Shown piece by piece: positions 53,142-64,000 of a stretch of DNA of 64,000 nucleotides. A program made the translations under genes and the position numbers. The DNA is from Bigelowiella natans CCMP2755 (taxonomy: Eukaryota > Protista > Cercozoa): NCBI GenBank assembly GCA_000320545.1, contig ADNK01001890.1:62001-126000 (forward strand). The letters are read 5' to 3'. The notes below the pieces were generated by a model that was not told the origin of the DNA, made no database searches, and saw nothing but the letters and a program-made list of their open reading frames with translations. How positions within the stretch are numbered: the first letter of the stretch is position 1; each line of letters starts with the position of its first letter.

Positions 53142-53466
53142 TCATTTGCCGAGAGCAGCAGCTTTTGGTGATGTAGTTATTTTACATAGATCTAGACTGG
53201 TCTATTTTTTTCCTCCAGCTATCGTGCATTTTTTTTTGCATCATTATTTCTCCAAAAGTTTAGTTAAAAAAAAGGAGGAAAGAAAGAGAACGACAGACAG
53301 CGGAGAAACACCAATAACTATTGTGCAAATTGTTGTTTATATTTATTTGTTCGATCTGCTACTACTGCTACTACTGCTACTACTACTACTTCTGCTGCTC
53401 CCAGATCTACAATAACAACAGCTTACACAAAACACATCATCAATAAGAAAGAAAAGAGGTAACAGG

Positions 53467-53503
<37 letters not shown>

Positions 53504-53922
53504 CCATACATCATCAATTTGGAAAACAATCAATCAATCATCGATTGCTTATTCATTTACGCCATTTAACAATAAAAAAAGGGAGGAAACGGAGAGAGAA
53601 GGAGAAGGCTCCCCTCCACGAGACTATCAACCCGTACCAAGAAGAAAAGGCACTCAAGAAACTGCCCATAAATAACACACCAAGAAGTGCCATCATCGTC
53701 AACAAGAGAGGCTATTACCTGCAGCACGCTTGGGCTCTGCAAGGAGGAGGGCGTGTGTTAACCTCTAGCTAGTTTTGGTGAATGGATATTGATCACTCTG
53801 CTTCCTTTGCACCGACAAAATTTACCGATATCTCCTTGGAAGGTACTGATTCAGGTTACAAAAGTATCAGCCATAGTTAGACATCAACCACCCTCAAATT
53901 GAATATCGCCGAAACTGAACCG

Positions 53923-54672
53923 ATGATGGCGAGTCTTCAAAGCACTTTATCAGGAAAATCGCTACTTCTTCTTGCCTCGACGGTTGGCGCTTGGTGGTTC
54001 ATATCAAGAGAGATGAACCGTACGAAGGCGAAACGAAAGCCAAAGGTTCCACTATTCCGTAATTGTTCCAATCCAATTCGAGATGGGTCATGGAGAGAGG
54101 AGGAAAGTGAAAGTGACGGTGCGTGGGAAGAAAAATGTTCGAGGAGTGACGATGAGATAGAAGAAGAGTGCTTCCCGATTGCTCGGCCAGCATGCATAGA
54201 TTCTAGTACAAAAAAGAGCTTAGATGGTGAAGGGAGTCCTCCACAAAGTACTCCTGCGAAAAAATGTAAGCATTCTTGTGAGAAGGAGCTTACACTTGTT
54301 AAAAGCAAGCGTCCTGCAAAAGAACAGGATACCTCGGGGCAGGATACCTCAGGGAGGCAAATTTCGGAGGACTTCAAAGAAACAAATCAGGGCATTGAAG
54401 GACAAAAGAGAAATTTGCTCATAAGACCTACACACACAATAAAAAGTGACCCATTCGAGAATGAAAATGCAGAAGACGCGGAGACTAGAAGGGATAGCGG
54501 TGTATTTTTTGGATTGCTCAATCTTTACACAAGGGACAATGGCAAAGAAGAGCCCCCATCTACCCCAGAAAGGAGAGAGAGTCTAATACTTTGCCGTGAA
54601 ACTTTGAACTTTGAGGATGACGAATCAGCTGACGAGGGTGACCCGTGCAACAAGGCTGGTGAAGCTTCATAA
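53923..54672 (+). CDS. Hypothetical protein with an N-terminal signal-anchor and an acidic, probably disordered tail
   Basis: Uninterrupted ~250-aa ORF; LLLLASTVGAWWFI followed by a basic cluster; no recognisable domain. Confidence 0.6.
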   Translation: MMASLQSTLSGKSLLLLASTVGAWWFISREMNRTKAKRKPKVPLFRNCSNPIRDGSWREEESESDGAWEEKCSRSDDEIEEECFPIARPACIDSSTKKSLDGEGSPPQSTPAKKCKHSCEKELTLVKSKRPAKEQDTSGQDTSGRQISEDFKETNQGIEGQKRNLLIRPTHTIKSDPFENENAEDAETRRDSGVFFGLLNLYTRDNGKEEPPSTPERRESLILCRETLNFEDDESADEGDPCNKAGEAS

Positions 54673-55127
54673 TGGAATAGGCGGAACTTTATGGTTGTTT
54701 AAAAGATAAATGACAGCATTCGCTTTCTGCTGCTATTAACGTGTATAGTTGTGAAATTGTTCCATCGATTTTTCTAAATTTGGTTTTGTGCATGGTTTGA
54801 TCCCACTGCAACACATTGTTCACAGTTGATCGATATCATGCGAAGAAACTTTTCATTGTCCACAAACACCAGACAGTCTGCTGCTCGTTCGATCACCCGC
54901 ATCATGTCATGAGCTGCGTCTGCTGCACTGGTCGATCGACATGCAAACTCTAGAACTGCTGACGCCATGCAACGAGTTTCCAAAATGAATGATGACGTGC
55001 GTGATCATCGGCTGGACTAGCAAAGCCCGCCAATGATCAGCATGTAAAATTGGCGATTATGATGGCATGGCATTCTAGCATCATTGTTGTGCATCTCAGC
55101 TAACTAGCGAAATGAAATAACCCACTT

Positions 55128-55458
55128 GAGATTGATTTGTGTGTGGAAGAATTCTTGCATGTTTCAAAGAAATGACAAAATCATTGATATTCATTTGAGT
55201 AATTGGTGCAAAATCTCTATTTTTAAGATTATTTCCTGTCATATTTTGAAAACTTGCATTTAAATTGTGATGAGGATTGACAAATCTCTTGACAAATTTG
55301 TCAATCCTCATCACAATTCAAATGCAAGTTTTCAAAATGTGACAGGAAACAATCTCAAAAACAGAGATTTTGCATCAATTACTCAAATGAATATCAATGA
55401 TTTTGTCATTTCTTTGAATTTCATTTTGTTCTTCCACACACGATTTTCGATCAATCTC
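55128..55458. repeat. Long inverted repeat (hairpin): 123-bp core arms 55163-55285 and 55296-55418, 10-nt loop, weaker outer extension
   Basis: Arms are reverse complements with 6 mismatches, reflected in mirror ORFs 55096-55314(-) and 55267-55497(+). Confidence 0.95.
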
Positions 55459-56599
55459 GGTTTGCAATCTAGAGCTAGCAATCTCTGGATTGTCTAGATC
55501 TAGCAAGTGTGACACAATGCATGCTGGCATGCACGTGCGTCTAGACGCACGCATTCTAGCCAGTTGCCAAGATCAGCATGACATGTGGATGATCCACAGT
55601 GATGACAATTTTTGGGAAAAATCAAACAAAAAAAGTCAGGAATTGTTCCAGATGAAGCCATGCTGTGCATTGTGATTGGAGTTGCATTGCTTGCATGTTG
55701 ACACAATGAATGTGAACTTGCATCGCAGGCCCACAACACTCGCTACGCCATCGCAACATTGAGATGACACAATGAAGCAAGTCGAGACAGCAGGCTAGCT
55801 AGCCCCCCATCTCGACTTTCCGCATCAAGCTCGTTGTTCGAACTGATGACGTTTCGAGTGCCATTGACAGGGCTAGAGGGCTCCCTGTGCGATGCAGACT
55901 TGGACGCGTGCGCTTTTGCAGCCAAGCGCACACGTGGATTCATCAACAATTCATCGCGACATCCACAATCTCGCTAGCTCGACTTTCATTTTTCACGCCC
56001 GGCCACATGCTGATCTTGGCAAATGTGGCCTGCTGCATGCCAGCATGCTGCAGCTAGCACAGCAGTGCTGGAGTGACAATGGCGCAGCAATCATGTCAGC
56101 CAGCATGGCTTGTGCTGAATGGTGTGGATTCATGCATGCAGTCGATCATTGGATCAGTCCAGCAGTGAGAGCACAGACGGCAGATCACACAGCTAGAGCA
56201 GGACATGCATGCATGCCTGACAATGATCCCGATGCATGCCAGCACGCTGCGTGCAGAAGTGCTTGCCACAACTCTGGAAGCTAGCTGGCTAGACGAAACC
56301 CTGAAGTCTCACAGTTTCCAAGTTTCGCACGTTGCTTCTGTGCAAGAATTGAAAAAATGCAGCAGCGGCACGATTCGTGTGCAAAAGAGCCACGTTTTGA
56401 CTTGGTTCGAGAACAAAAACTCAATTTGAACGTGGCTGGAGGTCAATTTGTGAGGTGTGGAGTCGAAAAAGACGGATCGGTGCAATGGACACAAACACCA
56501 AGGTTGCACAGCAGACAGGTGCAAGCTGGCAAGCACGCCGCCAGCACGCAGCGCGTGCTGTGCCCAAACTGAAACGCATGCCAGCCTGCTCTCCAGGTC

Positions 56600-57597
56600 T
56601 TGCGCCATCTCCAGATCCAGCCATGCGCGTCATGCAGCACGCACCCGCCTCTGTTTTTGGAACGATCTGATGCCACTTGATGCTTGCGTTTGAGCTTCGA
56701 CAACTCTTCTGAATTCTTTTTCGCAGTGGACTTCGATGCCTGGAGTTGGATGGAGAGCTGAGTGGCTTTGCTGTTGAGGAATGACAGGAGCTTTTCCGAC
56801 TTGGACTTCTGAGCCTTGAGCTTGAAGCTGGCAGCACCCATCACTTTTTGTTGGCGATCTCCATCTCTTGACATGGCGAGCTTCAGCACTTCTGTTTCTT
56901 TTCTGAGAGCCTCAACTTTTTCTGTGAGCTTCCTCGCTTCAGCTCTGGATGCAGTGGCTGAAGCAATGGCATCGGTGCGCTGCATCACAGCCTCCTTTTG
57001 CTCTTTTTGGGAGCGCACAAGCTCTTTTTTCGATTTTTCTAGCTGTCTCTTTGGCCGAGCTTCTCTCTTTTTTGCTCAGCTTCAATGCAATGTCAAGTTC
57101 GTTGGAATTTTTTTTTGCCTCATCAACCTGCGACAGTGCCTCGGTGGCTTTCTCTTTTCACCTCGAAACCCGAGCGCTCGAAGCACGAAGTTCGGCTGAT
57201 GGCTTCTTTGAATTTTTTCCGGAAGCACAATTCCCATCACAGTCGCACCTGGCACCAAGCAAAGGGTCTTCTCGTGGGTTTTCGCCATGATGTCCCTTGC
57301 ATTCGAAGGACATGATCCTTCGCAATGTCGAAATCCCGCCCGAAGCCAGGGGAACGTCTGCTCAGAATGCACAAGTGGCTGTCATGAACACAACAAACTG
57401 ACACCGGAAACTCACAAAACGATCAAAACACAATTCTCTTTTTCTCTCGCAAGAGAGATTGCATCGAACACTGCATTTTCATCGAACCTTGTTCTCCTGC
57501 TCGAAGCAGGGAAAGCAATTTCACCAGATTCATCGCCTCTTCCACGGCCACAAGAGGCCTTCGCCCCATTGCAGGCGCCTCCGAACTTTTGAACCAA
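56600..57597 (-). pseudogene. Decayed coiled-coil protein gene remnant inside the TpA-erased block
   Basis: Heptad-like DEAKKNSNELDIALKLSKKERSSAKETARKIEKELVRSQKEQKEAVMQRTDAIASATASRAEARKLTEKVEALRKETEVLKL; intron-like GTGAG donor near 57415. Confidence 0.45.
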
Positions 57598-57859
57598 AAA
57601 AAAATGTCAACAAGTGTCAATTCGGATGTTTTTTTCAATGTGATTTCACCTGAGCGAATTTTCAAATGAAAGACACTTGGCATGGCGGTGGGCAGGTGTG
57701 GACCCAACGCATGGGATGCGAGGAAGAATGGGGGGGGATGGGGCTCGAGCTCGGATTGCACGGAGCCGAGGTTTCCCAAGGGCGCTTCGCCTGGCAGCAG
57801 AGCAAAGGGAAGAATCAGAATTGAAAAATGCCCCACTGTCAATTCGAAGATGCGAAAAA

Positions 57860-58890
57860 AAACTCCAAGGGAGAGAGAATCGTCGTCATCTCACACGCAG
57901 GATTTCACGCAAAGTGTGCAAGACGCTTTTCGAGGAGAAACAAAGCTGCAAATGCGATGGACACGGACCAGCAGGGGCCATGATTGACAATGTGGCACTT
58001 GGATCACAGCAGGCATTGAAAAGATGCACCCTCAGGAAAAGAGCCACAGCTTCTTTCAGTCTTCCCATGTCGAAGGAACACTTTCTCCAACTTTGGAAAG
58101 GATGCGCGAAAGTGGAGAGCAATGACACAGAAGGTGTCCTGCCAGCAACCATGGATGGTGAGAGGCAACGAGACACATCGAACAAGCTGGCAGAAGCACT
58201 CGGCATTGAGCCCAACGAGGGAAATTGGGTGATTCGCAGGATGCATGGATTGGATCCTTTGAAGAGGAGAGATTGCAGTCACATTCACGTTCAAAAGTCT
58301 CACGCTGATGAAAAAAACGTGAAGGTGATGTGGAAGAGTCAAACACTTCGACAGATTGACATTCGAGGGACGGAAAGGGTTGTGTCGAAGAGCAGAATGA
58401 CACTCCGCTTTCCCAGAAACGTTGTGTCATTGCTCCACCAAATTGAATGCTGAACAAAGGCCAAAGTGTCAGGAGCTCAACGCCAAGAAAGCTGAGAAAG
58501 CTTCCAAAAGGTGAGTTGATTGTTGAAACTGGTCAAAGCAACACTCACTGCTCAATCTGTGATGCACTTGGTCAGAAATCGGAAGAGCAAGGAAAAATCT
58601 TCTTCGAACCAGCAGCTTGCACACATCAATGAGCATCGAGTTGGATCGTCCCAGCCTGTGGTGGCAGCACCAAATGTCAGTTGGAAGCGAAGTTTCATTG
58701 ACAAAACCATCAGAGGCAAGGTTCCTGCTGCTTTTTGTGTTGCTGTGTCTGTCATGAGCTCGAGTTTCAGCTCGAAGCGAACATGTGGCCTGATGGCATT
58801 GCTGATGCAGCACGCTCATGCTGGTTTCTGGGCTTCCACAGCTAGCTTTGTGACCCAATGTGTGGCCAACATGGAGAAATGTGATTGATG
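57860..58890 (+). pseudogene. Decayed ORF remnant of unknown family with Tyr codons apparently converted to Cys/His
   Basis: 258-aa ORF with no Tyr. Reverting TGY/CAY to TAY gives natural-looking SYKYDGYG, EYFLQLWKGYAKV, DYSYIYVQKSY. Confidence 0.45.
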
Positions 58891-59214
58891 ATGTGTTTCA
58901 AAATGATTGCATTGCGATCACATCAGCGCTGCGATCGATTTTCATGCGCTGCGCAGCGCTGCTGCGTTGCTGGTGCAGCGCTAGCGCCAGGACACATTGA
59001 CATGCGTCGACACGTGCAACGGCGCAGGCTGGAACACTGACACTTCCAATCGGAAGACTTGGTGCAAAGAAAGAAGAAGCAAAAGAAAAAGAGAAGTGAA
59101 AGAAAGAAAACAAAGAAAGAACCTTTGTTGATCGACCACACTTGGAAAGTGTGAAACGCACAATTGGAAACGCAGTGACTCAAAGCGAGTGTGAGCGAAG
59201 TGTTTCCAAGGAAG

Positions 59215-59245
<31 letters not shown>

Positions 59246-59255
59246 CTTGAACAAT

Positions 59256-59632
59256 GAAAAATGATGATGAACCACGTTTCCAAAGTGTTTGACTTGCAGT
59301 GTGCGAAACGCAGTGCCTCGAACTAGCTTCAGTGAGAAGTGTTCGAATGAACGTCAAATGGGTTCGCAGCATTGTGGTTCACTCATCGAATGAATGAACA
59401 AAGTGGTTCCAATCTGGCAAAGATGCCGACGACCTGCAAGATTCAAACAAACAAACAAGCAAACGTGATGAAGAACTGCAAGATTCAAGATTCGCAGTCG
59501 ACACCTCAAGAACCCGATGGGCATTCGTTGAGAGGAATGAAACAATGAAACAATGATGAAGAACCACATTTCCAAAGTGTTGCAAGACACTTGCAGTGTG
59601 CAAAATGCAGTGCCTCGAACTGGTTTCAGTGA
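59256..59632 (+). repeat. Two diverged ~85-bp direct repeats (59256-59337, 59546-59632) plus a weaker third copy near 59134
   Basis: aaccac(g/a)tttccaaagtgtt...cttgcagtgtgc(g/a)aaa(c/t)gcagtgcctcgaact(a/g)g(c/t)ttcagtgag. Confidence 0.75.
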
Positions 59633-59869
59633 GGACTGTGACTAGCAAATCAACTAGCTTGCCAAACCAACAACAGAATCGATGGAGAAAAACAGATAAA
59701 AAATGCAAGCCAATTCGGATGGGACGACACGAGTTAGACCTCCATTTTCTTTACTAATTTCAATCAAAACCGCGAAAACGGCTGAGCAAACGGCACAGAA
59801 GAATGAGGAGTACCGACAACACAGCCGTTGAGAACTCAGAGCTTCAACAATGATCCATTCATAGAAATC

Positions 59870-60724
59870 ATGGGAAGGGCCTTACTATTTTTGCTGTGTG
59901 TCTTCATCAGAGACATATCAAGTATGGGCCTCGCTTGTTTATGTGTGTATGTGTGTGTGTGTGTGTGGAAAATGAAGATCCCTCTTTTGTTGTTCCTCTA
60001 TTTGGCAATCATCATTCACCTGATTTTCTATGCAGATGGTGCAGAGTCTTCTTCGTATGAACCAGCAGCTCGAATTAGCGCCGGAACACGGTGGTCAGCC
60101 ACTACTTCAAATGATGGAGAAAAAGGGAAAGAGACTACTACTACTCTGGGAGCTAGAAATGACGACAGTACCATGTTCCTACAGGTGTGGCTGCTAACGT
60201 TGTGCAAGTGAAACTATAATATCAGTTTGCTGATGTCAATTCTTGCAGATGATGGAGGAGATGCGTAGAGTTGATCAAGAACGAATGGAGGTTTTTTGCG
60301 ATGGATTTCTCATCGTCTTCGTTTTCTTTTTGCTGCTACATTGATCACATACATACATACATCATAGCGCATGGAGGCCATGTCACGAGGCACAATTCTA
60401 ACTGGAGTCTCTCTTGGTCCGATAATATCCGTTCAATCCATCATGCCGAGAATTTTGTAAATGAACATACTTGTTCTACACCACCAGGGGGTGCTTTCTT
60501 GGCAGCAAATTATTTGTACACAAGATTGAAGCCACAGCTCGATGAGCAAGTGAAATTATATTCATTATGTAGTTCTGATGATAACATAGCTCACTAATCA
60601 TAACCCACATGCAAATAGCGGGAGCAACGTGTTGAAGCAGAACGAGCAAGATGTCGTCGTGATATTGCAGAGAAAAATATAGGGGCATTGAAATCTATTC
60701 CAGCCTTTGCAAATGTTACAAGGT

Positions 60725-60760
<36 letters not shown>

Positions 60761-61668
60761 CAGTAGTAGTAGTAAGGCAACGGCCTTCTTCGTATTATTA
60801 TGTAGTAATAGTAGGGGAGCAGAGGACACTTGACATGGACGAATAATCGAGATTATGAATACTTAGTTACTTTTCATTAGTCGGCATAATTGGAAGAATA
60901 TCACGTTGATATTGAGTTTATAATGATACTATTTTCGTAGAATCCTTGATGGTGTGACAGGTGGAAAAAGTGAGAAGTTCATTCAGGTTATCTGTTTATT
61001 TATTCAGCTGTTCGAATTTGAGCTGCTAATGAGTTGTTTATTATTCACTACTTTGTCATCTTAGAAATTGGTGGAGGTGTATGCTGAATCGAAGGTGGTT
61101 ATCTTTCTGTCCCCCGACTACTAGAGGTAACTTCCAGAGTGCTGAAAAATTGAAATAATTCAATGCAGGGAGATGATAAAGCAGCACTCTATGGGGATAT
61201 CGTCAAGAAAGTAATCGCTCCATCTTCAGTTTCATTTGATTAGTAAATATAATATATTTACTTGTGTGTGTATTTATTTATATCTACACAACTAGATTGG
61301 CCTTGGCATTGCAGCAGGAGCAGTAACTGGGCAAGGGTTCAACTACTTCCTCAATGTTGTGAGAACACAAGAGAGCATTCCCTCAAATTGTGTCCATCCT
61401 TTCATCCATTGATTCAGCCACTAAATCGTGCTGATTATTATGCTTTTCCTTCGTGAATTGACACAGGAATGTCCAGATATGCATCGAGCTCGGTAAAATA
61501 TAGATTATTGTCAATTAATAAAAACATGAGAAAGTAGGAAATATGCTGTTAATAGGCACTAAACATACAGTTCTTACTAACTATTCTTTGTGGTTGCAGA
61601 TCCAATTACGTAAAATCACGATCATTCAGCCCTCAAAATACTCTTGGCGGGTGGTGATAGATGAATAG
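59870..61668 (+). CDS. Hypothetical secreted protein, many short exons
   Basis: Signal-like MGRALLFLLCVFIRDISS followed by a series of GT-AG-bounded exons (e.g. AHGGHVTRHNSNWSLSW..KPQLDEQ; REQRVEAERARCRRDIAEKNIG). No family recognised. Confidence 0.5.
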
Positions 61669-61899
61669 AATACTGCCGTACTGGTGCTGGTGGTTATAGT
61701 GATGATGATGATGATGATGATAATGATAGTGATGATCGATAGAACAAAAATAATTATGTTGTATATGAAGGAGATGGTATCTGACGGGATATGGAGGAGG
61801 GTTTCGAATACTCCAAGTACTGTTATCATCATCATCATCATCATCGTTATCAATACCACCATCTCAATGCACTACTATCAACTCTAACATCAGATCTCT

Positions 61900-62479
61900 C
61901 AAAATACTCATTATGATCTTAACAATAATAGCATTGGCAAATTCAAAAGATTGATTATGATTTTAACAATAATAGCATTGCCAATTTGTGGACAGGGTTG
62001 TGACCAGGTACTACTACTACTAGTAGTAGTAGTAGTAGTAGTAGTTGTAGTAGTTGTAGTAGTTGTATAAAACGATGAAATTAGAAAAGATAGAAGAAAG
62101 GCCTCAACACAACTGCATACATACATACATGCTTACATACCACGACGAGTTTTCATTGATTTCGCGACACTGCCATAATTGTAAGAAATCCGAAGAAAAG
62201 TGTATTATTACGTCATGTGGTATAATGAATCATGATCCTCCTACTATTTGTTTATTTGTTCATTGCCGGCAACAATCAATCAATCAGTACTTCTCACATA
62301 TTCGAGAGGGTGTCAGGACAACTAGGTAGACCATCATATACTAACTACTTTTAACTTAATAACCTGGCAATACAGTGTTCATACTTTTTGTCCGATAATA
62401 GTTGAATATTTTAGTAATGACAGTGTTATTAAATAATTCTGATGATATCAGGACCGGTTCCTGTTGTCTTCCATCGAAG

Positions 62480-62510
<31 letters not shown>

Positions 62511-62974
62511 ATCATCGATGATTTTCCGTGTTGTTGTCGCTCCATAATAATAATACTACCTTCTTATCGATTACCGTGTTGTTGATCCATTATAATAATA
62601 CTACCTTCTTATCGATTACCGTGTTGTTGATCCAGAATAATAATAATAATAATACCTGCTTACAGATACTTACCACGATTTGGAAAAGGGATATATAGGC
62701 GACATGCTGACTACCCTGCTCTTGGCATGGCAAGGTGCTCAAGAGAGAGGGAGGAAGGAAGGAATAATAATTAATCATCATATGTTGTCATCATATGTTG
62801 TCATCGAAGCAACAGGGGTGGGAGAGGGAGGTCATCAGTATTTCTTTCACTTAATTAATTCATATATGGCGCTGAATGAACAGAATGACAACAGTTATTG
62901 TAGACATTGTCTACGATCTCAAAGGTAATTAATTGTTTGGAGAATCACACACGCGCGCACACACACACACACAC

Positions 62975-63010
<36 letters not shown>

Positions 63011-63038
63011 ATTCTTTGGAGAAATTCTAACCACACAC

Positions 63039-63074
<36 letters not shown>

Positions 63075-63077
63075 ATT

Positions 63078-63117
<40 letters not shown>

Positions 63118-63491
63118 CACGTATAGGCTAACACATCTCCTATATCTTCTGTTTTGATGATGATGATTATTATTATTGTTGTTGTTGTTGTTGTTGTAGG
63201 ATATCCTGTGATTATAGAATATGCATGTGCCGTTGCTGCGATGTCAATGCGTTTCCAGGAGGTATTGCAATAATATACTGGTAGTACTACGTACTTACTT
63301 TTTAGATGATAACAGACAGGATGACGATGTAAATGAGAAGATTTGTCTTTATCCTTCTCCCCCTCCCCTTCCTTTTTTCGATTGTTAGATACGCGTATTA
63401 TCGAGAGATAGAAACCTCGATGCATCAGTGATGGATAAAGTTCATAGTTCTTTAAGGTAGCAAGAACGATAAGGATGAGTGGATGATAATA

Positions 63492-63526
<35 letters not shown>

Positions 63527-63657
63527 ATACTGGCTTGATGAGATGGTAACCCTAGGCATCAAGGAATTATCTCTATTCCTTTGATGTTGGATCATTCAAG
63601 ATGTCCAGTGGAGAGGCAAGGTCGTCCTTGTCGTTAAATCGCCATTTAAGGAGCCTA

Positions 63658-63738
<81 letters not shown>

Positions 63739-64000
63739 GTTGACTACTCTTACTCTCTCTCTATGTAGTAACCATCCTATATTTGATTTGAATACCTCTT
63801 TGTGCTGCAGCGATGATGGACCAAGAAACCATCTCTACATTTGATAATATCACGTAATGGAGCAACAACATATTAAGGAATACATGCGTGATTGATTTTA
63901 TCGGCAATTTACTTGACATCGAGATAATATATCCAACTACAAGTCGTTCGTTGGTTGTATAAATCATTGCAACTAATTGTGCTATATTATGCCTTCACTC
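61900..64000 (-). CDS. Probable 3' part of an unidentified multi-exon gene entering from the right edge
   Basis: Short complex-sequence segments between microsatellite introns (e.g. YYCNTSWKRIDIAATAHAYSII; EMVSWSIIAAAQRG); not assembled. Confidence 0.3.

Larger units (their letters stand above)
54780..59700. other. ~4.9-kb TpA-erased block containing decayed coding sequence (possible silenced repeat or mobile element)
   Basis: In 55395-59696 I count 21 TA, 20 of them in CTAG, and none between 57042 and 58842. All ORFs in that interval lack Tyr. Confidence 0.9.

Noticed and set aside
54780-59700. Classical RIP or CpG-methylation decay as the cause of the compositional anomaly
   Set aside because: Both leave TpA unchanged or increased, whereas here TpA is nearly absent and CpG is still plentiful.
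55490-59708. Dense overlapping ORFs in all six frames suggesting a compact viral or operon-like cluster
   Set aside because: Loss of TA removes TAA and most TAG stops, so long ORFs arise by default. They are Tyr-free and Cys/His/Met-rich, and most are spurious.
62541-62635. ~45-bp tandem duplication, and an 18-bp tandem at 11064-11106, superficially array-like
   Set aside because: Only two copies, no spacers, eukaryotic intron context. These are local slippage duplications, not CRISPR.

Overview
Intron-rich eukaryotic nuclear DNA with microsatellite-laden introns. It probably comes from an alga with a secondary plastid; the bipartite-targeted rpl27 suggests a chlorarachniophyte-like organism (inference). 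Genes read by eye: a JmjC protein (-), a DHHC palmitoyltransferase (-), a SAM/SEL1/RING-HC protein (+), plastid-targeted rpl27 (-), a giant coiled-coil FH1-FH2 formin of about 8,500 aa (+, 12.5-40.4 kb) carrying a near-identical 2.2-kb internal duplication, an ABCC/MRP transporter (-), and several hypothetical genes. The most striking signal lies outside these genes. Discrete intergenic blocks (54.8-59.7 kb and 4.1-5.0 kb, more weakly 9.2-10.5 kb and 40.5-41.1 kb) have lost almost every TpA dinucleotide except those in CTAG. Mismatches between the arms of an embedded inverted repeat, and Tyr-to-Cys/His relic ORFs, point to a regional TpA->TpG/CpA (A:T->G:C) hypermutation process, the mirror image of fungal RIP. 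Exon boundaries and counts are manual and approximate.
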